Positions 54,511 through 62,192 of a stretch of 64,000 nt of DNA are shown here, in pieces. Under the pieces are notes generated by a model, which made no database searches, was not told the origin of the DNA, and saw only the letters and a program-made list of their open reading frames with translations. A program made the translations under genes and the position numbers. The stretch lies in contig JAKCDU010000010.1 in assembly GCA_021838445.1 (NCBI GenBank), positions 386 to 64,385 on the forward strand, in the 5' to 3' direction. Within the stretch, counting starts at the first letter, position 1. Every line of letters starts with the position of its first letter. The stretch is from Actinomycetes bacterium. Its GTDB lineage: Bacteria > Actinomycetota > Acidimicrobiia > Acidimicrobiales > Palsa-688.

Positions 54511-55961
54511 GACATACCTCCGCTTACCAGTTCAGGTGGAAAGGGCACCGTCCCGGCCGACTCCCTGTCGGCCCGGCCGCTCTGGGACCCGGCTGCTTGC
54601 ACCTTCACAGCCAGATCCCCGTCGGTCGAAAAGCCCAGCAACAGCGTGTCGCCGAGACGCGCTCCGGCGGCCAGGGCGACGGCGCGAACCGAACCTCTGG
54701 TCACCGCTTGTGATTCGTAGGCCAACGACACCGGTCCCCACCGGCTCGAGAAGGTCCGCCTCTGCGGTGGTCGCATCCCGAGCCCCTCGGCCAGCGCCGC
54801 CGTCACCTCGGATGCAGCGCCGCGCAGCGCGTCCCGGTCGATCTCCACGGCCAGCCACTGCCGGTCGGCGGCAAGGGCCCGGTTCGGAGGAGTTCGGGCC
54901 GGCTCCGGGCGGGCCGGTGACCGTCGGCTCACGCTCGCGCTGGGTCCCGGCGCCGCCGGGGGCTGGCTCGGGCCCCATTCGGCCAGCCCGAACAGCCCGT
55001 CGCCGTCGGCCCTGAAGCGCCGGTGGCGCAGGGCCGCGGCAACTGAGATCGCCCCCTCCGGACGTCCGCCGCGGTTCAGATCGCCGGCTAGCAGAGCGGG
55101 TGAGCAGGGCTCGGCGTGGGCGTCGAGCAGTCGCTCCAGAGCATCTCGTAGCGCCCCTCGGGCGACCGACACGGCCAAGTCGTGCACCACGACGGCCCCG
55201 CTGGCGGCAAGCCACTCCTCGAGCTGGCCGGATCCGATCCCGGTGTCGGACAGCTCGGCCCGCACCTCGTCGAGGGGCCGTACCCCGCCATCGGTGTCCA
55301 AGCAGACCGCGGTGGCGCGCCTCGCCGCGGCGGGCTCTACGGCCAGCCAACCAGGACGCTCGGGCACCGCCCGGTACGGTCCGGCCAGCCACAGGAGCAA
55401 TCCGACCGCCATCTCATCGGACGCTCCCAGGGCCGCCAGGAGGCGCGCCGCTCGGTCCTCGGCGGTGACCGCCCCGAGACGGCCCCGAACGGCACCGGCC
55501 GCCCAGCGCAGCCCTCCGGGGCGGGCCGCCACCCGGTCTCGCACCCTCCGCCCGGCCGCCTGGGCCATCTGGCCAATCCTTTGGGGTGACACTCCTTCGG
55601 CCTTGGCCATTTGGGTCTGCGACGCCCGGGCCGGGCACAGCGACCACGCCGCGAACACCCGCTGGTGACGCTCGTCACCGGCGGCCTCGACGGCCTCTCG
55701 GGCCGCCCCCAGCAGGTCCAGGGCCCACGGGGCCCCCTGACCGAGCAGCCGGTCGGCGGCCGCGGCCACCTTCGGATCGGCAGCCAGCCGGCGCTCGAGG
55801 AGGGCCTCGGTCACGACCTGGTCGATGCCGCCCCGCTCGTGAGCCAGCACCACCTCCAGATCTCTGGAAGCTCGCGTCCGAGTGGCGGCCGGGCCGCCCA
55901 GCCCTCCTCTGGCCATGGCCCGACGATAGCCACTGGCCGGCGCCACATAGGTGGACGACAC
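54507..55961 (-). CDS. Hypothetical 484-aa protein with a sigma-70 region-4-like HTH; gene 1 of the operon
   Basis: The HTH TQMAKAEGVSPQRIGQMAQAAGRRVRDRV is preceded by RHQRVFAAW. The GTG at 55961 has no clear SD, and an alternative ATG lies at 55916. The 28-bp repeat array begins 12 nt upstream. Confidence 0.65.
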   Translation of the reverse strand: MSSTYVAPASGYRRAMARGGLGGPAATRTRASRDLEVVLAHERGGIDQVVTEALLERRLAADPKVAAAADRLLGQGAPWALDLLGAAREAVEAAGDERHQRVFAAWSLCPARASQTQMAKAEGVSPQRIGQMAQAAGRRVRDRVAARPGGLRWAAGAVRGRLGAVTAEDRAARLLAALGASDEMAVGLLLWLAGPYRAVPERPGWLAVEPAAARRATAVCLDTDGGVRPLDEVRAELSDTGIGSGQLEEWLAASGAVVVHDLAVSVARGALRDALERLLDAHAEPCSPALLAGDLNRGGRPEGAISVAAALRHRRFRADGDGLFGLAEWGPSQPPAAPGPSASVSRRSPARPEPARTPPNRALAADRQWLAVEIDRDALRGAASEVTAALAEGLGMRPPQRRTFSSRWGPVSLAYESQAVTRGSVRAVALAAGARLGDTLLLGFSTDGDLAVKVQAAGSQSGRADRESAGTVPFPPELVSGGMS

Positions 55962-55973
55962 CGTGGAGCGAAT

Positions 55974-56120
55974 GTGGCCGTCGCGTTGCCGGGGCCGCTG
56001 GGCCGGACGTGACCGTCACCTTGCCTGGGGCCGGACGTGACCGTCACCTTGCCTGGGGCCGGAGGTGACCGTCACCTTTCCTGGGGCCGGAGATGACCGT
56101 CTCGTTTCCGGTGTCCGACA
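55974..56120. repeat. Tandem 28-bp direct repeats (3 near-perfect and 2 degenerate copies), each containing the palindrome GTGACCGTCAC; likely an operator or promoter array
   Basis: GTGACCGTCACCTTGCCTGGGGCCGGAC occurs at 56009-56036, 56037-56064 and 56065-92. Degenerate copies lie at 55974-56008 and 56093-56120. There are no spacers. The array lies in the divergent intergenic region between 55961 (-) and 56208 (+). Confidence 0.85.
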
Positions 56121-56207
56121 CGCCAACCGACAGTGTGACAGGCTCGAAGAGCGAGGCCCGAAGGGGCCGCGAACCTTTCACCGCCCACATTTACGAGGAG
56201 CCCGCGC

Positions 56208-56684
56208 ATGCCCGACACCAACTTCCTCACCGATCGCATCGAGGTGACCCGGCCCATCCCAGCGCCCGCTCCGGCCATCTTCGAGCTGCTGCGCAGCCCG
56301 GCCGGGCACGTGGCCATCGACGCCTCGGGGATGCTGCAGGACTTCACCGGAGAGCCGGCCGACCAGGTGGGCGACACCTTCGTCATCCACATGGACCGCG
56401 AGTCACTCAACGACGTCCCCCTGGGCCGCTACGACGTCACCGTGCACATCATCACCTTCGAGCCCGACCGGGAGATCGCCTGGAACCTCGGACCCGACAT
56501 CCCCTACCCCCACTTCTACGGCTACCGGCTCGAACCCGGAGACGACGGCGTCACCAACGTGACCTCTTACTACGACTGGTCCAAGGTGACCGGCGACATC
56601 AAGGAACGCTTCCCGATCGTTCCCGAGTCGGCCCTGCGGGCCACCCTCGGGATACTGGAGCGCACCGTCCGCCGGGGCTTGTAG
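56208..56684 (+). CDS. SRPBCC-superfamily (START/polyketide-cyclase-like) protein
   Basis: 158 aa. The N-terminus (IEVTRPIPAPAPAIFELLRSPAGH) is typical of SRPBCC proteins. ATG 56208 has GAGGAG 7 nt upstream. Confidence 0.7.
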   Translation: MPDTNFLTDRIEVTRPIPAPAPAIFELLRSPAGHVAIDASGMLQDFTGEPADQVGDTFVIHMDRESLNDVPLGRYDVTVHIITFEPDREIAWNLGPDIPYPHFYGYRLEPGDDGVTNVTSYYDWSKVTGDIKERFPIVPESALRATLGILERTVRRGL

Positions 56685-56763
56685 ACCCTCGGGGCCGCCG
56701 TCGAGGAGGCGGGGCGGCCGAGCGCGAGGAGGCGGGGAGGGTCGGCCGGCCGCTCAGAGCCCG

Positions 56764-57369
56764 TCAGCCGGCCGGGGCCGGCGGCTCCTTGGCCGCGCTC
56801 CTGACCAACAGGCCGGCCAGGAAGACGTCGCTGATCCGCTCGGCGATGGTCGATGCCGATATGGCCCCCTCGACGTGCCACCAGCGGGTCAGCCAGTTGA
56901 GGGCGCCGATCAGGGCCATGGCCGATACGAGCACGTCGGTGTCGGGTGCGAACAGGCCTTCGGCCACTCCCGAGGCGATGACTTCCTCGATGAGCGAGAC
57001 GTAGGCGTGGTCCTTGGCCGCCCATTCCTCGCCCAGGCCCCGGCCGGCCACCTCGTGCAGGTACACGGCGGCGAAGTCGTAGGTCCGTTCGAGCACCGAC
57101 ACGTGGATCCTGGTCACCCGGCGGACCTTCTCGCTGGCTGGCAGGTCCATGGCCGCCAACCCCCGGAGGGTGCTCAGGAGCTCCTCGGCGGGGGGGCCGA
57201 CCACCGCTTCGAGGAGCTCCTCCTTGGACGAGACGTAGTTGTAGAGGCTCCCCTTGGACATCCCGAGGTTGCCGGCGATCTCGTCGAGGGAGGCGGCGGC
57301 GAACCCCCTTGCCCGGAACACCTTGGCCGCGGCAGCCACGACATCGTCCCACCGACTTGGACGTGGCAC
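56764..57369 (-). CDS. TetR-family transcriptional regulator
   Basis: HTH: VVAAAAKVFRARGFAAASLDEIAGNLGMSKGSLYNYVSSKEELL. I prefer GTG 57369, which has GGGAGGA 7 nt upstream. The ORF-track GTG at 57444 would add 25 residues. Confidence 0.8.
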   Translation of the reverse strand: MPRPSRWDDVVAAAAKVFRARGFAAASLDEIAGNLGMSKGSLYNYVSSKEELLEAVVGPPAEELLSTLRGLAAMDLPASEKVRRVTRIHVSVLERTYDFAAVYLHEVAGRGLGEEWAAKDHAYVSLIEEVIASGVAEGLFAPDTDVLVSAMALIGALNWLTRWWHVEGAISASTIAERISDVFLAGLLVRSAAKEPPAPAG

Positions 57370-57414
57370 CTTCGCATCCTCCCAGCGGTCGCCGCCGTAG
57401 GCGACCTTCCGTTG

Positions 57415-57476
57415 ACTATAGGGCCCGATTCGGCGGCCAGCCACGCCGAACGGCCACGGGGTAGCCGACCTATAGT
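57415..57476. promoter_or_regulatory. Inverted repeat ACTATAGG ... CCTATAGT in the TetR/thiolase divergent region (candidate operator pair)
   Basis: actatagg at 57415-57422 and cctatagt at 57469-57476. ccgaac/gttcgg arms lie nearby. If the TetR start is 57369, the whole element is intergenic. Confidence 0.3.
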
Positions 57477-57482
57477 TCGGTT

Positions 57483-59033
57483 ATGGCTCAGCCCGCCGAC
57501 CCCCGACCGGTCGTAGAGGGTGGCCTGGTAGCCGGTCTGCGCTGCCGGGTCTGCCGGTATCCGGCCCTGTCGGGACCCCCTCGCTGCGCCCGCTGCGGCG
57601 GTCCCACCGACGCCGAGCGGTTCGGCCCGCAGGGACGGGTGTGGTCCTCCACCGTGGTCCGGATCGGGGTCGCCGACCGGGTGGCCCCCTACGGCCTGGC
57701 CGTAGTCGACCTGCTCGACGGGCCCCGGATGCTGGCTCACCTGGTCGAGCCCGAACCTGTCCCTCCCCTGTCGTGGGTGGAGGTGGTCGGCACCACAGAG
57801 CGAGGCGACGTGCTGGTGGCCCCGGTCGACCGGGCCCGCGACTGGCCGGGTGGTCGGGCCGGGGGACGAGGCGGGGGACGAGCACTGGCGCCGCCCACGG
57901 CCGAGATCGGCGCCGGGGTCTTCGTGCAGGGGGTGGGCACCTCCATGTTCGGGCGCTTCCCGGGTCAGCCCCTCGAGGAACTGGCCTGGCAGGCCGTCAC
58001 CGAGGCCCTCGAAGCGGCCTCGCTGGCCCCGGCGGAGATCGAGGCGGTGTGGGTCGGCTCGGTGTTCGCACCCGGCGCGGTGACCCCCCGCATCCTGCGC
58101 GGCCTCGGTATCGGGGCGGTACCGGTCATCCGGGTGGAGAACGCCTGCGCCAGCGGCACCACCGCCTACCACGAGGCGGTCCACGCCGTCGGCTCCCGCC
58201 GCTACCGCCGGGTCCTGGCCCTCGGGGTGGAGCAGCTCTCCACCGCCTTCGACGGTCCCATCGTGCCCGACCTCACCGACCCCGAGGGGGCCGCCGGGCT
58301 GGCCCTGCCGGCGCTGTACGCCCTGCAGGCCAACCGCTACCTGTGGGCCCATCCGTCTGTGAGCATGGCCGAGGTGGCCCAGGTCGCGGTCAAGAACAAG
58401 GCCCACGGGGCTCGCAACCCCCGGGCCCAGCTGCACCAGGCACCGAGCCTCGAGGAGGTCCTGGGGTCGCGCCCCATCGCCGACCCGCTCACCTTCCTGC
58501 AGTGCTGCCCGCTCGGCGACGGGGCGGCGGCGGCGGTGATCTCGGTCGAAGGGGACGTGGCCGTGCGCTCATCGGCGCTCACCTCGGGCGTGGCGTGGGA
58601 CCACGACAGCGACGAGCTGTGGGGCGAGAGCTGCGTGGCGCGGGCGGCGGCGGCGGCCTTCGACGCGGCCGGGCTGGCCCCCTCCGACATCGACGTCCTG
58701 GAGGTCCACGACGCCTTCACCATCGGCGAGGTGTCCACCCTGGAGGCTCTCGGGGTGGCCGCCCCCGGCCAGGGGGCCCAGCTGGCCGCCTCTGGGCGGT
58801 CATCGATCGAAGGCGCCCAACCGGTCAACACCAGCGGGGGCCTGCTGTCGAGAGGGCACCCGCTGGGCGCCACCGGCCTGGCCCAGATCGCCGAGATCGT
58901 GTGGCAGCTGCAGGGTCGCAGCGGACCCCGCCAGGTCCGGGGGGCCCGGCGCGGCCTGGTGGAGACCATGGGCGGCGGGGCCGCCGGGGTGGACGGCAAC
59001 GCCTCAGTGGTCACCGTCCTCGAACGGGCCTGA
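57483..59033 (+). CDS. Fusion of a DUF35-type Zn-ribbon/OB-fold domain with a thiolase-like (SCP-x / lipid-transfer type) domain
   Basis: N-terminus: CRVCRYPALSGPPRCARCGG, then an OB-like segment (VVRIGVADRVAPYGLAVVDL). Thiolase part: VGTSMFGRFPGQPLEELAW and VENACASGTTAYHEAV (active-site Cys). C-terminus: GGLLSRGHPLGATG. Confidence 0.85.
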   Translation: MAQPADPRPVVEGGLVAGLRCRVCRYPALSGPPRCARCGGPTDAERFGPQGRVWSSTVVRIGVADRVAPYGLAVVDLLDGPRMLAHLVEPEPVPPLSWVEVVGTTERGDVLVAPVDRARDWPGGRAGGRGGGRALAPPTAEIGAGVFVQGVGTSMFGRFPGQPLEELAWQAVTEALEAASLAPAEIEAVWVGSVFAPGAVTPRILRGLGIGAVPVIRVENACASGTTAYHEAVHAVGSRRYRRVLALGVEQLSTAFDGPIVPDLTDPEGAAGLALPALYALQANRYLWAHPSVSMAEVAQVAVKNKAHGARNPRAQLHQAPSLEEVLGSRPIADPLTFLQCCPLGDGAAAAVISVEGDVAVRSSALTSGVAWDHDSDELWGESCVARAAAAAFDAAGLAPSDIDVLEVHDAFTIGEVSTLEALGVAAPGQGAQLAASGRSSIEGAQPVNTSGGLLSRGHPLGATGLAQIAEIVWQLQGRSGPRQVRGARRGLVETMGGGAAGVDGNASVVTVLERA

Positions 59034-59034
59034 A

Positions 59035-59125
59035 CCCCGCCGGCGACCGGCCGACCGTCAGCTGCCGGCGGGGGCGGCGACCACCAGCTGCCGGCGGGGG
59101 CGGCGACCGTCAGCTGCCGGCGACC
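59035..59125. terminator. GC-rich hairpin plus a 26-bp direct repeat (2.6 copies) at a convergent gene junction
   Basis: ccccgccggc (59035-59044) pairs with gccggcgggg (59064-59073). cagctgccggcgggggcggcgacc occurs at 59059-59082 and 59085-59108, with a partial copy at 59111-59125 that forms the 3' end of the acyl-CoA synthetase gene. Confidence 0.4.
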
Positions 59126-60648
59126 CGGCGGTCGCTACCCTCCCAGTAGGGCTCGCGCAGGACCTTGCGCTGCAGTTTGCCGACCGGGCTCTTGGGCAGC
59201 GGCTCGGTGCGGAACTCCACCCGACCTGGCTTCTTGTAGGAGCCGAGCCGGGTCCGGCACTGCTCGACGACGGCCTCGGCGCTCACCTCGGCGCCCGCTT
59301 CGAGCACGCACACCGCCAGGGGGGTCTCGCCCCAGCGGCTGTCTGGCACCCCGAACACGGCCACCTCGATCACCCCCGCCAGGTCGAGGATCACGTTCTC
59401 CAGCTCCGCCGGCCAGATGTTGAAACCCCCGGAGATGATCATGTCGTCCTTGCGGTCGAGGACGTACACGAAGCCGTTGCCGTCGACCTTCCCGATGTCG
59501 CCGGTCAGCACCCACCCGTCTAGCAGCCGGGACGCGGTCAGGGCCGGGTCGTCCCAGAAGCCGGCCATCTGCCCCTCGCAGCGGACGGCGATCTCGCCCT
59601 CCTCCCCGACTCCGACGGCCCGGTTCTCAGCGTCGCGTATCTCCAGGTCGGCGAAGGGGAGGGGCCGCCCGGCCGACGCCAGGGGGTCCGAGCCGGGGAC
59701 TGTGGAGAACCATTCGGATGGCCCCATCATGCAGATGGGCAGGGCCTCGGTCTGGCCGTAGCCCTGGTAGAGGACGTCACCGAAGAGGTCGCGGGCCAGC
59801 AGCACCGTGTCGCGGGCGACCGGCGCCCCGCCCAGCTGGATCACCTTGAGGCTCGACCAGTCCCGCCCGGCCGCCCCCGGCCGGCGGACCAGGAGGTTGA
59901 GCATGGTGGGGACCATGAACACGTAGGCCGCCCGCTGCTGCTCCATCACCTCGAGGGCCCGGTCGGGGTCGAACTCCTCGAGCAGCACGTTGCGCCCGCC
60001 CGACAGCCACATCGGGGTATAGAGGTAGCCCGAGCCGTGGGAGATGGGCCCGAGGTGGACGCAGGCGTCGCCGGGTACGACCGGCGGGAAGTTGTAGAAC
60101 CAGTCCCGACCGGCAGCCAGCCAGGCCCGATGGGTGTAGGCAACCCCCTTGGGGCGGCCGGTGGTGCCCCCCGAGTGGCGGATGATGAAGTAGTCGTCGG
60201 CATCCACCGCCGGATCGGGGTCGTCGTCGGGGAACGAGGCCAACCACTTCTCGTAGCTCGCGTCCCTGACGATCACCCGCTCCAGGGCGGGCACTTCCTT
60301 CTCGATGCCCCGCACGGCGGCAAAGTGGGCCTCGCTCACCACCAGCGCCCGGCACCCGGTGTGCTCGAGCATGTGGCGGTGGGCTTCGGGCGAGTTACGG
60401 GCGTAGAGAGGCACCCGGACCAGGCCGGCCGCGGCGGCGCCGGCGAACACGTCCTGGGCGCCGATGCAGTTGTCCTCCAGAACCCCGACCCGCTCACCGG
60501 GAGACAGACCCAACTCCAATAGGGCGTTGGCCATGCGCAGACCCCGGCTCCACGCCTCGACGTAGGTCAGGCTGCGCCCCTCGGAATAGACCGCTTCGGC
60601 GTTGCGGTAGAAGCCGGCGGCCCGGCGCATCAGGGTTCTCACGTCCAT
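59110..60648 (-). CDS. AMP-dependent acyl-CoA synthetase/ligase (class I adenylate-forming enzyme)
   Basis: AMP-binding motif IIRHSGGTTGRPKGV, followed by YGQTE, TGDIG and a C-terminal PKSPVGKLQRK. Confidence 0.9.
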   Translation of the reverse strand: MDVRTLMRRAAGFYRNAEAVYSEGRSLTYVEAWSRGLRMANALLELGLSPGERVGVLEDNCIGAQDVFAGAAAAGLVRVPLYARNSPEAHRHMLEHTGCRALVVSEAHFAAVRGIEKEVPALERVIVRDASYEKWLASFPDDDPDPAVDADDYFIIRHSGGTTGRPKGVAYTHRAWLAAGRDWFYNFPPVVPGDACVHLGPISHGSGYLYTPMWLSGGRNVLLEEFDPDRALEVMEQQRAAYVFMVPTMLNLLVRRPGAAGRDWSSLKVIQLGGAPVARDTVLLARDLFGDVLYQGYGQTEALPICMMGPSEWFSTVPGSDPLASAGRPLPFADLEIRDAENRAVGVGEEGEIAVRCEGQMAGFWDDPALTASRLLDGWVLTGDIGKVDGNGFVYVLDRKDDMIISGGFNIWPAELENVILDLAGVIEVAVFGVPDSRWGETPLAVCVLEAGAEVSAEAVVEQCRTRLGSYKKPGRVEFRTEPLPKSPVGKLQRKVLREPYWEGSDRRVAGS

Positions 60649-62105
60649 CGGGTGGCGCCTCCCGCGACTGGCCCGAGGGCCCGATCGCGATCGGGGCCGG
60701 CTGACCCGAGGATGACCGGCAACTCGAGCAGGCTCCGGCTGATGAGGGCCGGCCGCCAGGGCAGGCTGTCATAGGGCTGGGCCAGGGAAATCTCGGGGTA
60801 GCGGCGGAGCAGGCCCCGGAGGGCGATGCGGGTCTCCACCCGGGCGAGGGTGGCTCCCAGACAGAAGTGGGCACCGAAACCGAACCCCAGGTGAGGGTTG
60901 GGGTCCCGCCGCAGGTCGAGGACGTCGGGGGACTCGAACTGTTCGGGGTCGCGGTTGGCGGCGATCACCGCCAGGAAGACCCGCTGGCCTGCTTCGATGC
61001 GCCGGCCCCGCCACTCCAGGGGCGCCGCGGCGTGACGGACCTCCACTTTGGCCGGGCCCTCGAAGCGCAGCATCTCCTCCACCGCACCGGCGGCGGCGGG
61101 GCCGGTCATCACCTCGGCCAGATCCCACGAGGCGGCCAGGGCGGCGGCCAGACCGTTGGCGATCAGCGTCCGGGTGGTCTCGTGGCCACCGAAGAGCAGC
61201 AGCGTGCAGGTGGAGATCAGCTCCTCGGTGCTCAGTCGGTCGCCCTCGTCGTGGGCCTGGACCAAAGAGCCGAGGACGTTATCGGCGGGCTGGCGGCGGG
61301 CCGCCTCGATCAGGTCCCGGCAGTAGTCGGCGAGGGCCCGCAGGGCCTTCTGGCCCCGCTCCCGGCGGTCGACCACCTCGGTGGCCCCGAACACCAGGTC
61401 GGTGAGCTCGTCGGACCAGTGCCGGAACTGCTCCTGGTCGCCTTCGGGGACCCCGAGCATGTGGGCGATGACGATGGCCGGCAACGGCCCGGCGAAACTG
61501 GAGGTGAGATCCACCGCCTGGCCGGACCGGGCGTGGGCGCCGAGGTCGTCGAGGAGCCCTTCGACGGTGGCCTCGATGACCGGTTCGAGCCGAGCGATGG
61601 CCCGGGGGCGGAACGCGGTGGACACCAGCCGACGCAGCCGGGGATGGTCGGGCGGGTCCTTGAAGACCATCCACTTGGCCAGCACTTCGGCTACGGGGTC
61701 GACCGGGCCGTCGTCGTCGAGGTGGGCCCTGGCCGGTGTGACCCGCTCGGCTGACATCCGGGGATCCTTGAATCCGGCCAGGACGTCGTCGTAGCGGGTG
61801 ATCAGCCACGCCCGGTGCCGTTCACTCCAGTGGACCGGGTCCTCGCGGCGCAGACGGGCCAGCAGCGGGTGGGGGTCGGCGACGACCTCGGGAGCGAACA
61901 GGTCCACCGCCGCGGGGTTGGACCTCCCCGGGCGCGCCGCGGCCTCGACGCCAGCGGGGGCCTCGACGCCAGCGGGGGCCTCGACGCCAGCGGGGGCCTC
62001 GACGACGGCGGGGGCCTCGACGACGGCGGGGGCCTCGACGACGGCGGGGGCGGCGGGGGCGGCAGGGGACGGCCGACCGGAGGGAAAAAGTACGACGTCA
62101 GGCAT
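60639..62105 (-). CDS. Cytochrome P450 with a repeat-containing N-terminal extension
   Basis: Heme-binding loop FGFGAHFCLGATLAR. ExxR motif EEMLRF. I-helix-like LLLFGGHETT. The first ~65 residues include (APAVVE)x3(APAGVE)x3. The true start could be downstream. Confidence 0.85.
   Translation of the reverse strand: MPDVVLFPSGRPSPAAPAAPAVVEAPAVVEAPAVVEAPAGVEAPAGVEAPAGVEAAARPGRSNPAAVDLFAPEVVADPHPLLARLRREDPVHWSERHRAWLITRYDDVLAGFKDPRMSAERVTPARAHLDDDGPVDPVAEVLAKWMVFKDPPDHPRLRRLVSTAFRPRAIARLEPVIEATVEGLLDDLGAHARSGQAVDLTSSFAGPLPAIVIAHMLGVPEGDQEQFRHWSDELTDLVFGATEVVDRRERGQKALRALADYCRDLIEAARRQPADNVLGSLVQAHDEGDRLSTEELISTCTLLLFGGHETTRTLIANGLAAALAASWDLAEVMTGPAAAGAVEEMLRFEGPAKVEVRHAAAPLEWRGRRIEAGQRVFLAVIAANRDPEQFESPDVLDLRRDPNPHLGFGFGAHFCLGATLARVETRIALRGLLRRYPEISLAQPYDSLPWRPALISRSLLELPVILGSAGPDRDRALGPVAGGATRWT
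61942..62049 (-). repeat. 18-bp tandem repeat x6 (two subtypes x3) inside the P450 5' region
   Basis: gcctcgacgccagcgggg x3 (61942-61995), then gcctcgacgacggcgggg x3 (61996-62049). Confidence 0.85.
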
Positions 62106-62192
62106 GGGTTACCCCGATCGGGTCGATGAGCGATACTCGGATGGGCGGGTGGCTCTGCCGACCACGGCCGCTCAGCACCGGCCGGCGGGCTG

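Noticed and set aside
55974-56120. The 28-bp repeat array considered as a possible CRISPR.
   Set aside because: The repeats abut each other with no spacers. There are only 3 to 5 copies. No cas genes are present in the window.
56687-56721. A possible terminator hairpin between the SRPBCC and TetR genes (ctcggggccgcc ... gcggggcggccgag).
   Set aside because: The stem needs a bulge and a 13-nt loop. In DNA this GC-rich, such imperfect pairings are frequent by chance.
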